The position numbers were made by a program, and so were the translations under genes. From contig CAYQKW010000007.1 of NCBI GenBank assembly GCA_964418245.1, positions 1 to 60,126 of the forward strand: a stretch of DNA of 60,126 bases, read 5' to 3'. Positions within the stretch are counted from its first letter, which is position 1; every line of letters begins with the position of its first letter. The notes under the pieces are model-generated. The model was not told the origin of the DNA. It saw only the letters and a program-made list of their open reading frames with translations, and made no database searches. Positions 40,514 to 51,246 of this stretch are shown here, piece after piece. Source of the DNA: an uncultured Oscillospiraceae bacterium. Its GTDB lineage: Bacteria; Bacillota; Clostridia; RUG12999.

Positions 40514-41002
40514 TTATTTTTCGGTTATCTCCGATATTGTATAAGTCACGGCAATACTTTCGCAATTTGCAAGCAGGGTTGAACCGTTTGAAACCTCTCT
40601 TTTGCCGCCGAGCAACACCGACGATTTGCCTTTGAGCGCGGTTGCCTCAAACACCATTTCAACCGTATATCTTTCGGGCATTTCCGCCAAAACAACAGTT
40701 CCGTCGGTTTTGGTTATATCGGTCACATACGGTTTTTCTTCGACCGATATGAGTTTTCCCACTTCGTTGCCTTTTTCGTCGTACCACATTTTTCCGACAT
40801 CGTTTTTAATTGCCGTCACAGATTCGATACGCACACTTTTAACGGTTGCCGCATATGTGTATTCCCCATAGTTGGTATTCGAATTTGACGGAAGAACAAA
40901 TCTCACGCATATTGCCGCCGCAAAAAGCAGTACACAAACAACAACCGCAATATCAACTATGCTTATTTTGCCGAAAAGCTTTCCCTGTTCGTTTACAATC
41001 AT
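40514..41002 (-). CDS. DUF4330-like membrane-anchored protein
   Basis: GKLFGKISIVD N-terminus plus TM helix. Confidence 0.7.
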   Translation of the reverse strand: MIVNEQGKLFGKISIVDIAVVVCVLLFAAAICVRFVLPSNSNTNYGEYTYAATVKSVRIESVTAIKNDVGKMWYDEKGNEVGKLISVEEKPYVTDITKTDGTVVLAEMPERYTVEMVFEATALKGKSSVLLGGKREVSNGSTLLANCESIAVTYTISEITEK

Positions 41003-41503
41003 TTATTCCGCCTCCTGTTGTTTAATTATATCCACTCCGTACACAGTGCCATCAACCGCAATGTTTTCGGTTCGCAGAGTTATTCTTTTGCCGACAATGA
41101 TTTTTGTGTCGTTTATACTGCATCCGGTTTCAGACATACTGCACGGCGATTCAACCGTAAATTCATATGAATATTTTTCCGGAACTTCGGTAAGCACAAA
41201 AGTACCCTTATCTTTATTTTCGGTTATGGATTCGTGTGGTACGGCTTCTTTAACATCAACAACCGTACCCATTGTTCCGCCTTTTCTAACGTCCCACACA
41301 GTATCGCCGACGGCAATTTTATTAATAAATTTTTCATCGGCACCCTGCACACTCAAAGTATATCTCACCGCAGTGTTTGAATTTTCAGATTTTCCGGTCT
41401 CCCATTTTCCGGCCGCAAAATATGAAAAAACAACCGCAATGCACACCAAAGCCAAAATTATAAGAACATCCGCAATATTAAATCTTATTTTATTTTTTTC
41501 CAT
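41003..41503 (-). CDS. DUF4330-like membrane-anchored protein
   Basis: FNIAD plus TM helix; paralogous to the neighbouring gene. Confidence 0.65.
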   Translation of the reverse strand: MEKNKIRFNIADVLIILALVCIAVVFSYFAAGKWETGKSENSNTAVRYTLSVQGADEKFINKIAVGDTVWDVRKGGTMGTVVDVKEAVPHESITENKDKGTFVLTEVPEKYSYEFTVESPCSMSETGCSINDTKIIVGKRITLRTENIAVDGTVYGVDIIKQQEAE

Positions 41504-42608
41504 GTCCGGTCTTCCTTTCGTTTAAAACATCTGTATAAACTTTTTCAATCTGTCTGCTGTAGCTTTCGGCGGTGAAATTTTGACCGAATATTCGTTTTGC
41601 ACCGTCGCTGAGTTTATTGTACAGCGTATCGTTTGACAGAACTTCGTAAATTTTATCGGCAAGAGCCGCTCCGTCATGCGTCGGCACCAAAAATCCGTTT
41701 TCACCGAATTTTATAACACCGGGATTTCCGCCGTAGTTTGTTACCACCGCCGGTATCCCCAGGCTCATGCCCTCAAGCAAAGAAATGCTTGTTGCTTCCG
41801 TGCCGAAAGAGGCGTTCACGCTTAAATCCGTTATCCCCATAAGATTATATGCATCGGGGATAAATCCGGTAAAATTAACATATTCGCAGTCTTTGAGTTC
41901 TTCTTCTCTTGAACCGTTTCCGGCGGCGATGAAACATATATTTTTATCATGCAGTTTTTTTGCCGCCGATATAAAATCGTCATGCCCTTTAACGGTTTCA
42001 AGCCTTGCGACAAGAGAAACCACCTTTTGCCCGTCGCGGACGCCGAAACGCTCGCGCTGTACGGCTTTTTCTTCGTCCGACAGGGGTTGGAGCGGAGTTA
42101 TTCCGTTCAATATTACGCGTATCTTTTTTTCGTTTATTCCCACCGCCGTAAGATTATCTGCCGCCGCCTGTGCCACGGCAATTATCTTATCGGAAAACAG
42201 TGCCGCAACGGTTTTGTTGAGCAGTTTGCCGATTGGGCTTTTCATAAATCCCGACGGTTCATACACACAATGCAGTGTATATATCACGGCTTTTGCGCCG
42301 GCAAGGCGCGCCGCAATTCTTGCGTTCAATGACCCATGCGCGTGCACAACATCGAACTCTGTTTCGGAAAAAATTTTTTTCAATTGTTTTATACCCGAAA
42401 AAGAAAACGATTTATCCGCGAACCCGGCGGATTGAATAACTTTAACACCGGCGTTTTCAAGTTCGGGAACAAGTTTGCTTCCCTTCGGCACAACAACGCG
42501 CAGGTCAAATTTTTCACGGTTGTAATTTTTTGCAAAGGTTATTATGCATTTCCCCGCGCCGCCGATGTTGGTATCGGATATTACATTCAAAACTTTTATT
42601 TTATTCAT
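41490..42608 (-). CDS. Glycosyltransferase family 4
   Basis: IGGAG, ARL..VKG, E...ISLLEGMSLG.P. Confidence 0.9.
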   Translation of the reverse strand: MNKIKVLNVISDTNIGGAGKCIITFAKNYNREKFDLRVVVPKGSKLVPELENAGVKVIQSAGFADKSFSFSGIKQLKKIFSETEFDVVHAHGSLNARIAARLAGAKAVIYTLHCVYEPSGFMKSPIGKLLNKTVAALFSDKIIAVAQAAADNLTAVGINEKKIRVILNGITPLQPLSDEEKAVQRERFGVRDGQKVVSLVARLETVKGHDDFISAAKKLHDKNICFIAAGNGSREEELKDCEYVNFTGFIPDAYNLMGITDLSVNASFGTEATSISLLEGMSLGIPAVVTNYGGNPGVIKFGENGFLVPTHDGAALADKIYEVLSNDTLYNKLSDGAKRIFGQNFTAESYSRQIEKVYTDVLNERKTGHGKK

Positions 42609-44443
42609 TGTTTTTTCTCCTTTGCAATATCATACAACGCACCGCCCAGTGCAATTGTCATAAAGAAAAACATATATATTCTGTAGTTATACCAAACATT
42701 ATCAAACATACCCTGTATAAGGTATCCGCCCATTGCCGCGGCAACAGCCGCCGCAATACATCTGAAAGATTGATTGTTTTTTGCCGTATTGGCAAGCCGT
42801 TTGAAAAAGCTTATGACAACACTCAGCACGGCAAACACACCGACAACCCCCATTTCACATATTATGTGAAGATACAGGTTGTGTGAATGCGGTGCGGATA
42901 TTGCGTTAAGTGCATATCTCGGATATATGCTGTTGAACGCCTCTGTACCGATGCCTATTCCGCAAAGCCAATAGTCTTTAAGCATTTTTACCGTACCTTC
43001 CCAGATATAAACCCTGTAAGAGGTGGAGCTGTCTGCCGTGTTTCCGACACTCAAAATCCTGTCTACAATTGACTGCGGCACAACAAACGGCAGTGCAAAA
43101 ACGCCGAGTACAAGCACCGAAAGAAGCTTTCTTCCCGTGAGCATAAGCACAATTGCCATTGAAAATATCATGCCTATCCAGCAACCGCGCGAATACGTGA
43201 GTATCATGTTTACAAACTGCAGTACAAATGCCGCAAAATACAGCGGTTTTTGCCTGTTGTCCGAAGTGAGAAGCTTTGAAAACGTAATCGGCATGAGAAT
43301 TAGAAGATATTCCCCGAATACATTCGGATTGTCGAACGTGGCGCATATTCTGCCGGACATCGATTCAAACATTTCGGTATCCTGCCAGGTTGTTTCCGCC
43401 TGACCGCTCAAAAGCTGATATATTCCGTATACACACACAAGTGCGGCAACGGCAATCATGCTGTTTACAACGTTATTCAAAAAGTTTTCGTCACGAAGAC
43501 TGCGTCGTATAACAAAGGTACTTCCGACAAAAACAAGATATACTGCCGCAATCGGTATGCTTGAACGCACACTGTGAGAATTGCATACTCCGTATACAAC
43601 CGCAAGACACATTATGATGACCGCACCGTCGAACATATCAATTTTTATCGGTTCTTTTTCACTGCCGAGATATTTTATAAACATACCGAGCATAACAAGA
43701 ATTGCAAGCCCGGCAACCGCCATTGTGGGCAGTATCGGGAAGAATACCATAATCGCAAACACGCCGATTTGCGGACGAACAAGTATAAGACTAAGCCCGG
43801 CAACCGCCGCAACCGCAAGATACCAAAAGGGAACAGCGGTGAATATGCCGACAGCCGTGCCGCATACAATTGCCGTTGTTACGGCGGTTATATGCTTTAC
43901 TTCGGTTTTTGGCGATATTGACGGACACGGAAAACCGAATAGGTTTTTCAATCCGCAGCCCTCATAAAAACCAAGGAGCGATACGTCGAACAACATCATC
44001 AAAACCGATACCGCCGCCAAAAACACGGTTATTTTATCCGCTCCGCCGCCGGAATATCTGTTCACGGCAAGGCGCACGGCACAGAATATCAATCCGAAAA
44101 GACCGTAATATCTTACTGAGATTTTATGCCAATTCTTCAGCATAAATCCGTAAAAACTCACAAATATTCCGCTTTTTGCTTTCTCGGCCGTTTTTTTGAA
44201 CAGCCCGTGGAATATGCCGTGAAAAAATCCGAATACGGAATTTACAACACTTTCGCACAAACTTCCGCCGGTTTCTTTTATGTTACGCGTGAAAAAAGCG
44301 TATATTCCGCTTCCGGAAAACAATCTGCCGAAAAAATCGCCGATTTTGTTAAATATTTTATAATATCCGCTGTTTGCAAAAGCGTTTTTCAAAAAGGCGA
44401 AAAACTTTATAAATACAGATATTATAACACTGTCTTTAATCAA
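42605..44443 (-). CDS. O-antigen ligase/polymerase family protein
   Basis: FDNPN, TYSRG, GIG, HSHNLYL; many TMs. Confidence 0.88.
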   Translation of the reverse strand: MIKDSVIISVFIKFFAFLKNAFANSGYYKIFNKIGDFFGRLFSGSGIYAFFTRNIKETGGSLCESVVNSVFGFFHGIFHGLFKKTAEKAKSGIFVSFYGFMLKNWHKISVRYYGLFGLIFCAVRLAVNRYSGGGADKITVFLAAVSVLMMLFDVSLLGFYEGCGLKNLFGFPCPSISPKTEVKHITAVTTAIVCGTAVGIFTAVPFWYLAVAAVAGLSLILVRPQIGVFAIMVFFPILPTMAVAGLAILVMLGMFIKYLGSEKEPIKIDMFDGAVIIMCLAVVYGVCNSHSVRSSIPIAAVYLVFVGSTFVIRRSLRDENFLNNVVNSMIAVAALVCVYGIYQLLSGQAETTWQDTEMFESMSGRICATFDNPNVFGEYLLILMPITFSKLLTSDNRQKPLYFAAFVLQFVNMILTYSRGCWIGMIFSMAIVLMLTGRKLLSVLVLGVFALPFVVPQSIVDRILSVGNTADSSTSYRVYIWEGTVKMLKDYWLCGIGIGTEAFNSIYPRYALNAISAPHSHNLYLHIICEMGVVGVFAVLSVVISFFKRLANTAKNNQSFRCIAAAVAAAMGGYLIQGMFDNVWYNYRIYMFFFMTIALGGALYDIAKEKKQ

Positions 44444-45974
44444 TCCCGTCCCCTCCTTTTAAGAATTTCATCACTTCATCTATTTTGAATATATATGCGG
44501 CCGCCGCATATGCAATCAATGCCGCCGCGCCGCTTGCGGCAAGAGTTGCAGCAGAACGTATAAACCCGTCGTTGCCGATGTATTTAAGCATTAAACACCG
44601 AACCGCAAACATTACAGCCGCAAAAACAAGCCCCATTGCAATTATTCGCGCAAGCTGAAGATTTTTTGGTCTGCCGGCTATTTTTAAAACTTTTGCAAGC
44701 CCGAATATGCTCCATATAAAAGCCGATATCGAAGCCGACAGTGCAAGCCCGGAAACCCCCATAAACCGAGAAAGCACAATGCACAGCGCAACGTTTGTCG
44801 CAATTCCGCCGACAGCACATATCATGGGTGTTTTTGTATCCATAACCGAATAGAAAGCTTTGTTCAGTATCTCCTGCAATCCGTACCATATCATGCCGAA
44901 CGAATAGAAAAACATGGCATTTGTTGTTAAATCCACCGATTTTGCACCGAACTCGCCGCGTTCGTACACTATTTTTATTATTTCTCTGCCGCCAATCAAA
45001 AATACAAGCATAATCGGTATAACAATAAGCAAAAGAGCTTTTATGCTGCCGCCGACAACCTTGCCCCATTCTTTTGTATCTTTATTTATGCCGAGTTGTG
45101 AAAGTTTGGGGAATATGTAATTTGTGACCGCCATTGCAAACGCGCTTGCCGCAATGATATAAAGCTTGTTCGCATAATCGAGTACGGCAACTCCGCTGCC
45201 GTTGTCAAACCCCGATGCAAGATTCATATTAACCATTGTGTTTATCGGCTGAACCCAGGTTGCAAGCAGTGCCGGCAAAGCCAAACGCACCACTTCTTTT
45301 ATTCCGTCATCTTTAACCCCGGCTTTAAGGCTGTATGCAAAACCGCGTTTTTTTGCCGGATACACAAGTATGATAAATTGCATTGCCCACCCTATCAGCA
45401 AGGCAAACGAAAGCCCATAGATACCGAATTTTTCATTCAGCGTGAGAAGGTAGATTATGCATAATGCATTTGAAATCAAGCTCATTACCGCCGGTATTTT
45501 AAACTCGCCGAGCGATTGCAGAATACCCACAAGAGTGAATGCCATGCCGGTGAATATAACAAGCGGAAACATTATACGAAGAAGCAAAGCGGCAAGCGAT
45601 GCCGTTTCTTCGTCAAGTTTTGAACCCATTATATATATAATCTGCCGTGAAAATACAATCCCCAAAACAGAAAGTATCACCGTTGCGATGATTATTATAT
45701 TCAGAAAACGCGATGCAAACAGATTGGCACGTTTCATGCCGTCGCGGCTGATAAATTTATTATATACGGGAATGAGTGCCGAAGATATTGCCGAGCCAAG
45801 TATCATATCAAAGAAATTCACCGGAAGCTGAGATGCCATTGCATATGCGCCGGCAACGGATTCGGTGCCGTAAAAATTGGCAACGGCGGAACCGCGCAGC
45901 AATCCGAGCAGTTTTGAAAGCAATATGGCAATGAATATAAAACTCACTGTTCCCGCAGCATTTTTATTTTTCAT
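44436..45974 (-). CDS. murJ: MurJ/MviN lipid II flippase family protein
   Basis: SKLLGLLR, ERGEF, AFYS.MDTKTP; ~14 TMs. Confidence 0.88.
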   Translation of the reverse strand: MKNKNAAGTVSFIFIAILLSKLLGLLRGSAVANFYGTESVAGAYAMASQLPVNFFDMILGSAISSALIPVYNKFISRDGMKRANLFASRFLNIIIIATVILSVLGIVFSRQIIYIMGSKLDEETASLAALLLRIMFPLVIFTGMAFTLVGILQSLGEFKIPAVMSLISNALCIIYLLTLNEKFGIYGLSFALLIGWAMQFIILVYPAKKRGFAYSLKAGVKDDGIKEVVRLALPALLATWVQPINTMVNMNLASGFDNGSGVAVLDYANKLYIIAASAFAMAVTNYIFPKLSQLGINKDTKEWGKVVGGSIKALLLIVIPIMLVFLIGGREIIKIVYERGEFGAKSVDLTTNAMFFYSFGMIWYGLQEILNKAFYSVMDTKTPMICAVGGIATNVALCIVLSRFMGVSGLALSASISAFIWSIFGLAKVLKIAGRPKNLQLARIIAMGLVFAAVMFAVRCLMLKYIGNDGFIRSAATLAASGAAALIAYAAAAYIFKIDEVMKFLKGGDGID

Positions 45975-45978
45975 AACA

Positions 45979-46587
45979 CTATTCCTTTTTGTTTTTTGAT
46001 AATTTGTTTTCCGTTCCGTTTATAAGCCGAACGATATTCGTTCTGTGTCGGATTACGGCAAGCACCCCGGTAAGAGCGGCAAACGCAATATATTCAGCAC
46101 CGCCGCCGGATATTATTACCGCAACGGGATAAAGCACCGCTCCGGTAACGGAACCGAGCGATACATATTTTGATACTGCCATCACGGCAACCGCGGCGGC
46201 AGCCACGATTATTCCGAGCGGAAAATCAAGAATCAGCATAACCGCGGCAGACGTGGCAATGCCTTTTCCGCCTTTGAACCCGAAATATATCGGGAAATTA
46301 TGCCCCAATATAACGGCAAAACACGAAAGATAAAAAGCAACGTCGCCGATTTGTTCTCTGAACAGTTTTGCCGCAATAACAACAATAACACCCTTTAGAA
46401 TATCTCCCGAAAAAGTGAACGCCGCCGCTTTTTTGCCGCCAACACGAAGCATATTGGTGGTGCCGGCATTGCGGCTGCCCTTTTCGCGTATATCACCAAG
46501 CCCCATAAGCCTGCCGACAATTATTGCACTGTTAAGACTGCCGGCAAGATATGACGCCAAAACAAACAGTATTTTAACGAATAACAT
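45979..46587 (-). CDS. plsY: Glycerol-3-phosphate acyltransferase
   Basis: GSRNAGTTN, GHNFPIYFGFKGGKGIAT, HRTNI.RL. Confidence 0.95.
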   Translation of the reverse strand: MLFVKILFVLASYLAGSLNSAIIVGRLMGLGDIREKGSRNAGTTNMLRVGGKKAAAFTFSGDILKGVIVVIAAKLFREQIGDVAFYLSCFAVILGHNFPIYFGFKGGKGIATSAAVMLILDFPLGIIVAAAAVAVMAVSKYVSLGSVTGAVLYPVAVIISGGGAEYIAFAALTGVLAVIRHRTNIVRLINGTENKLSKNKKE

Positions 46588-46604
46588 ACTTACGCCCCCC
46601 CTTT

Positions 46605-47933
46605 TTAACGGTCGTCCTTTTCGCCTTTTTCCCTTATGATGAACCGGACGGGTGTTTTCTGCAAATCAAACGCACTTCGTATTTGATTTTCAAGATAACG
46701 CACATAAGAAAAATGCGCAAGTTCTTTGCTGTTCACAAAAAGCACAAATGTGGGCGGTTTCACGCTCACCTGCGTACCGTAATATATTTTAAGTCTTCTT
46801 CCTTTATCGGACGGCGGCTGTACTTTAAGCGTTGCCTCTGTTATTATATCGTTCAGAGCACCCGTTTTTATTCTTGACGAATGCTGTGCAAAAACTTCTT
46901 TTATAAGCGGAAAAAGTTTTTCGACCCTCATTCCGGTTTTTGCGGAAATAAATTCAACCGGAGCATATTGCATGAAAGAAAGCTGTTCATGTACTTTTGT
47001 TTTATATTTATTCATTGTTCCGGTTTCTTTTTCAACGATTTCCCATTTATTTACCGCAACAACGGTTGCCTTTCCTTCTTCATGGGCATAACCGGCAATT
47101 TTTGCGTCCTGCTCCGCAACACCTTCGTTTGCATCTATCATCAATATGCATACGTCGGCACGTTCAACCGCCGAAAACGAACGCATGACGCTCAATCGTT
47201 CGATTTTCTCATCAACTTTCGATTTTCTTCGTATACCCGCGGTATCTATGAATAAATATTTTTGACCGTCTTTTTCAAAATAGGTATCAATGGCATCTCT
47301 TGTTGTGCCGGGAATGTTGCTCACAATCACACGTTCTTCGCCGATAAGCCGATTTATAAGCGAAGATTTGCCGGCGTTCGGTCTGCCTATCACCGCAACC
47401 TTTATTATATCTTCATCGGTTTCTTCTTCATCGACCGACGGAAAATATTCATATACCGCGTCAAGCAAATCACCCAGCCCCAAGCTTTGAATTGCCGACA
47501 CCGCCATGGGTTCGCCCAACCCCAAGTTGTAAAATTCATAAAATTCCGGCGGAGCTTCACCCGGTTTATCCACCTTGTTCACGGTCAATATTACGGGTTT
47601 GCGGCTTTTTCTCAGCATTGCCGCAACATCTTCATCCGCCGCCGTTATACCGGTTTTCATATCGGTAACAAAAACAATCACGTCGGCACTTTCAATTGCC
47701 GCCTGCGCCTGAAGACGCATCTGCACCAATATCTCGTCACTGCTTTCGGGTTCGATTCCGCCGGTATCAACAAGCAAAAAAGGCGTGCTGCGCCATTCCG
47801 CATCGGCATAAATCCTGTCTCTTGTTATGCCGGGGGTATCCTCGACAATAGAAATCTTTTTGCCCGCAAGCCTGTTAAACAATTCCGACTTACCGACGTT
47901 CGGTCTGCCGACTATCGCAACAATAGGCTTCAT
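46605..47933 (-). CDS. der: Ribosome biogenesis GTPase Der (EngA)
   Basis: Two tandem G domains (GRPNVGKS, GRPNAGKS). Confidence 0.97.
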   Translation of the reverse strand: MKPIVAIVGRPNVGKSELFNRLAGKKISIVEDTPGITRDRIYADAEWRSTPFLLVDTGGIEPESSDEILVQMRLQAQAAIESADVIVFVTDMKTGITAADEDVAAMLRKSRKPVILTVNKVDKPGEAPPEFYEFYNLGLGEPMAVSAIQSLGLGDLLDAVYEYFPSVDEEETDEDIIKVAVIGRPNAGKSSLINRLIGEERVIVSNIPGTTRDAIDTYFEKDGQKYLFIDTAGIRRKSKVDEKIERLSVMRSFSAVERADVCILMIDANEGVAEQDAKIAGYAHEEGKATVVAVNKWEIVEKETGTMNKYKTKVHEQLSFMQYAPVEFISAKTGMRVEKLFPLIKEVFAQHSSRIKTGALNDIITEATLKVQPPSDKGRRLKIYYGTQVSVKPPTFVLFVNSKELAHFSYVRYLENQIRSAFDLQKTPVRFIIREKGEKDDR

Positions 47934-47952
47934 ATATCTTTACCTCCGTTTT

Positions 47953-49251
47953 TCAATTTAAAATTTTTTCGATAAAATCATATCCGTCACTTTCAACGGC
48001 AACAACTTTCACGTTGAGTTCGCGTTCCAAATCTGTTGTTGTCAAGTCATCGAGCAAAACATTTTCGCCGCTTCTCAGCATAGATTTGCTTATATATAAC
48101 GTTTCGCCCAGTTCTTTGTCTTTAAGCGTGTTTATTATGTCTTTGCCGCACAGCAACCCGGACACCGTGATGTTTTTGCCGAAAACGGTGTTTTCGATTT
48201 TATATACATTTATTTTAAGACCCACGGTTTTCTTTTCAAGTTCGTGCGATATTTCCGAGATAAAATCATATATGGAATATCCTGTGGCAATGCTCACTGT
48301 TTTGCGGCATTCGCCGGATACATCTTCGAGTGCGTCGAAAAATTCGTACCGCATAGAGGCAATAAGCCCCACGCCGTTTTCTATCTGCGGAAAATCCTCG
48401 TAATTTTCATAGGGTGGTATAGTTCTTTCCGCCATGAGATAAAATTCGTCAGATGCATATATAAATCTTGTACCGAGGTCTTTTAAAGCTTTTTCTTGAT
48501 AGGATTCTATAATATCAATAACCTCTGCCGAAGTTTCCTTATCATATGCCGTAAGCGGATAAAGCCCGTCACGATGGTCCGAAAGACCGACCGGCACGGC
48601 AGATACCGACGAAACATCAAGCCGCATTAAATCTTCAATCGTCTTTTTGAGATATTTCCCGTCGTTTATTCCGCGGCACAGCACAATCTGGCAGTTCATA
48701 ACAATTCCGTTTTCGGAAAAAAGTTTCATTATGTCAAGCAGTCTGCCGGCGTTTTTATTGCCCATCATTTTCACACGCAGTTCCGGGTCGGTGGTGTGCA
48801 CCGACACATTTATCGGGCTTATGCGCATTCTTGCCGCCGACATGATTTCTTCCTCCGACAAATTGGTCAGCGTTACATAATTGCCCTGCAAAAACGAAAG
48901 CCGCGAATCGTCGTCTTTAAAATAAAGCGATTTTCTCATGCCGTGGGGAAGTTGGTCTATAAAACAGAAAATACATTTGTTGCTGCAAGCTTTTGCGCGT
49001 GACAAAAGCGGATATTCAAACTCAAGCCCCAAATCCTCGTATTCGTCTTTTTCTATTTCGATTTCTTCGATTTCCCCGTCGGATTTTTCTATTGTAAGCG
49101 TTAAAAATTCGGTTGCGCACAAAAACTTATATTCAAGTATATCCAATACGGATTTTCCGTTTATATATTTTAAAGTATCGCCTTTTTCAATGCCGAGTTC
49201 CTCGGCAATGGTTCCGGGCGTAACACCGCTTATAAGTTTATAGTTTATCAT
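47953..49251 (-). CDS. DUF512-type putative Fe-S/radical-SAM-like protein with N-terminal PDZ-like region
   Basis: CSNKCIFCFIDQ, KDDDSRLSF, QIENGVG; adjacent to der. Confidence 0.85.
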   Translation of the reverse strand: MINYKLISGVTPGTIAEELGIEKGDTLKYINGKSVLDILEYKFLCATEFLTLTIEKSDGEIEEIEIEKDEYEDLGLEFEYPLLSRAKACSNKCIFCFIDQLPHGMRKSLYFKDDDSRLSFLQGNYVTLTNLSEEEIMSAARMRISPINVSVHTTDPELRVKMMGNKNAGRLLDIMKLFSENGIVMNCQIVLCRGINDGKYLKKTIEDLMRLDVSSVSAVPVGLSDHRDGLYPLTAYDKETSAEVIDIIESYQEKALKDLGTRFIYASDEFYLMAERTIPPYENYEDFPQIENGVGLIASMRYEFFDALEDVSGECRKTVSIATGYSIYDFISEISHELEKKTVGLKINVYKIENTVFGKNITVSGLLCGKDIINTLKDKELGETLYISKSMLRSGENVLLDDLTTTDLERELNVKVVAVESDGYDFIEKILN

Positions 49252-49267
49252 TGCTTCACCTTTTAAT

Positions 49268-49302
49268 AAAAAAATAAAGAGGGATTTTACTACCCCCCTT
49301 TA
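49268..49302 (-). terminator. Terminator after rpmF
   Basis: TAAAGGGGG...CCCTCTTTA followed by T7. Confidence 0.65.
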
Positions 49303-49308
49303 AACTCC

Positions 49309-49494
49309 TTAGGCTTCCTGAGCAGTCGTTATAACTTCTCTGCCATTATAATATCCGCAAGCACTGCATACTCTGTGCGGCATTTTGTACTCATGACACT
49401 GAGGACATTTAACCATACCCGGTATTGCAAGTTTCCAATTCGCACGTCTTTTATCGCGTCTTGCTTTTGATGTTTTTCTCTTTGGTACTGCCAT
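49309..49494 (-). CDS. rpmF: 50S ribosomal protein L32
   Basis: [12 protein letters not shown]; C..C...HRVC..CGYY. Confidence 0.98.
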   Translation of the reverse strand: MAVPKRKTSKARRDKRRANWKLAIPGMVKCPQCHEYKMPHRVCSACGYYNGREVITTAQEA

Positions 49495-49557
49495 ACCCGA
49501 ACACCTCCCTAATAAAAAGTTTTCATATGATTAAATCTGAATACCCTCATCGGTTTT

Positions 49558-50052
49558 TCAGTCTTTAAACAAATCATCGATAACAGCCAGTCGTGGGTCA
49601 ATGTTATCTTCTTCACATCCGCAGTCCGTTTCGTTTCGGTTTGCACCGCAATGCGGACACAAGCCTTTGCAATCGGGCGAACATAAAATTTTTGACGGAA
49701 CATTAATATAAAAATTGCTCAGCACAGCATCGCTCAAATCAAACAACGTTCCCTCAAGCGTAACGGCATCTTCTTCACCGGATTCGCCCTGTGCCAAAAT
49801 CTCACGCATATCGTATGAAATATCAACTTCAAGCGGCTTTTTGCACCTTGCGCATTCCGATTTGATTTTACCGTTCACTTTGGCAGTCAGAAGCAGACTG
49901 CCGCTGATATTTTCGATTTTTCCAACAACATGAAGCGGACCCGAAAATTCATAAACAGAACCCAAAAACTCTGTTTTTTCAAAGGTCAAGTCGTTGTCAA
50001 AATCCAAGGCTGCGCCGTTATTACTTATAATGCTGATTAATTCCAATTTCAT
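49558..50052 (-). CDS. yceD: YceD/DUF177 family protein
   Basis: CARC, LC..DCKGLC..CG, DPRL; upstream of rpmF. Confidence 0.9.
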   Translation of the reverse strand: MKLELISIISNNGAALDFDNDLTFEKTEFLGSVYEFSGPLHVVGKIENISGSLLLTAKVNGKIKSECARCKKPLEVDISYDMREILAQGESGEEDAVTLEGTLFDLSDAVLSNFYINVPSKILCSPDCKGLCPHCGANRNETDCGCEEDNIDPRLAVIDDLFKD

Positions 50053-50088
50053 AACAGACTCATTCCTTAATTGTAAACATATATATTC

Positions 50089-50117
50089 ATTATAACCCAA
50101 ATTCCCCGATTTGTCAA
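50089..50117 (-). promoter_or_regulatory. Consensus SigA promoter for yceD-rpmF
   Basis: TTGACA-17-TATAAT. Confidence 0.7.
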
Positions 50118-50229
50118 TAGCATTTTTAAATTTTTTAAATTTTTTTGCATTTTGCATAAAAATACCGTATGTTTAAATTCGTTATTTAGGCACACAAGCG
50201 TTTGAACGGGCATGGCTGAATTTTTTTTA

Positions 50230-50258
50230 TTGACTTTGTGTGCCGAGTGGTGTATAAT
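50230..50258 (+). promoter_or_regulatory. SigA-type promoter for the WYL gene
   Basis: TTGACT-17-TATAAT. Confidence 0.65.
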
Positions 50259-50314
50259 ATATTAAACCGTGCAGAGTTTTTGAAAAACTTGCCGGGCAAT
50301 AAATGTGAAAGCCG

Positions 50315-51238
50315 GTGATTGGCGTGAAAACAGACAACATTAAAAGCTTCAGACTTTTAAATATGTATGAAAAACTGAACCGCGGAGATATTATCAACAA
50401 AAAACGGTTTGCCGAAGAGTTTGGCGTGAGCGAAAAATCGGTACAGCGCGATATTGACGATTTGCGCGCATATCTTTCCGAAAGTTTTGACGACGGAGAT
50501 AACACAACCATTGAATATGATTACGGCAAAAACGGATACAGATTGATTAAATGCGACCGTGAATTTTTGACCAACGAAGAAATTTTTGCAATGGCAAAGG
50601 TTTTGCTCGAAAGCCGCGGATTTAACAAGCAAGAACTGAACAATCTGCTGGATAAACTCATGCTTCAGGTAACACCGTCGGCAAGAGCCGGCATAAAAGA
50701 ATTGATACTGAACGAAAGATTTTATTATATACCGCCGAAACACGGCAAACCGCTGATTGATTTGCTGTGGCGGATTAACGGATATATTTTGCGTAAAGAA
50801 ATAATTGAATTTGATTATATAAGAAAAGACGGGGTTGCGTCTCACAGGGAAGTGAAACCGCTTTCGGTCATGTTTTCGGACTATTATTTCTATCTTATCG
50901 CATGGATGGCAGATGATTCAAAAGACTATCCGACGGTTTTCAGAATCGACAGAACGGCAAACGTGAAATCCGTGGGCAAAAAATACAGCATACCGTATAA
51001 AGACAGATTTGAAGAGGGTGACTTCAGAAAAAAGGTTCAGTTTATGTATTCCGGACCGCTCAAAACCATCAAATTTGAGTTTACCGGACAATCAATCGAA
51101 GCAATTCTCGACAGGATACCCGGTGCGGAAATTTTGGAACAATCGAACGGAAAATATGTTTTAAAAGCCGAATGTTTCGGCGACGGTATTTTGATGTGGC
51201 TCAGAACACAAGGCGAAAATGTGAAAATTTTAAATTAA
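50315..51238 (+). CDS. wHTH-WYL-WCX transcriptional regulator
   Basis: A.EFGVSEKSVQRDIDDLR HTH; F.Y...R.V.P.....YFYLIA...FRIDR WYL domain. Confidence 0.92.
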   Translation: MIGVKTDNIKSFRLLNMYEKLNRGDIINKKRFAEEFGVSEKSVQRDIDDLRAYLSESFDDGDNTTIEYDYGKNGYRLIKCDREFLTNEEIFAMAKVLLESRGFNKQELNNLLDKLMLQVTPSARAGIKELILNERFYYIPPKHGKPLIDLLWRINGYILRKEIIEFDYIRKDGVASHREVKPLSVMFSDYYFYLIAWMADDSKDYPTVFRIDRTANVKSVGKKYSIPYKDRFEEGDFRKKVQFMYSGPLKTIKFEFTGQSIEAILDRIPGAEILEQSNGKYVLKAECFGDGILMWLRTQGENVKILN

Positions 51239-51246
51239 TTTCAATT

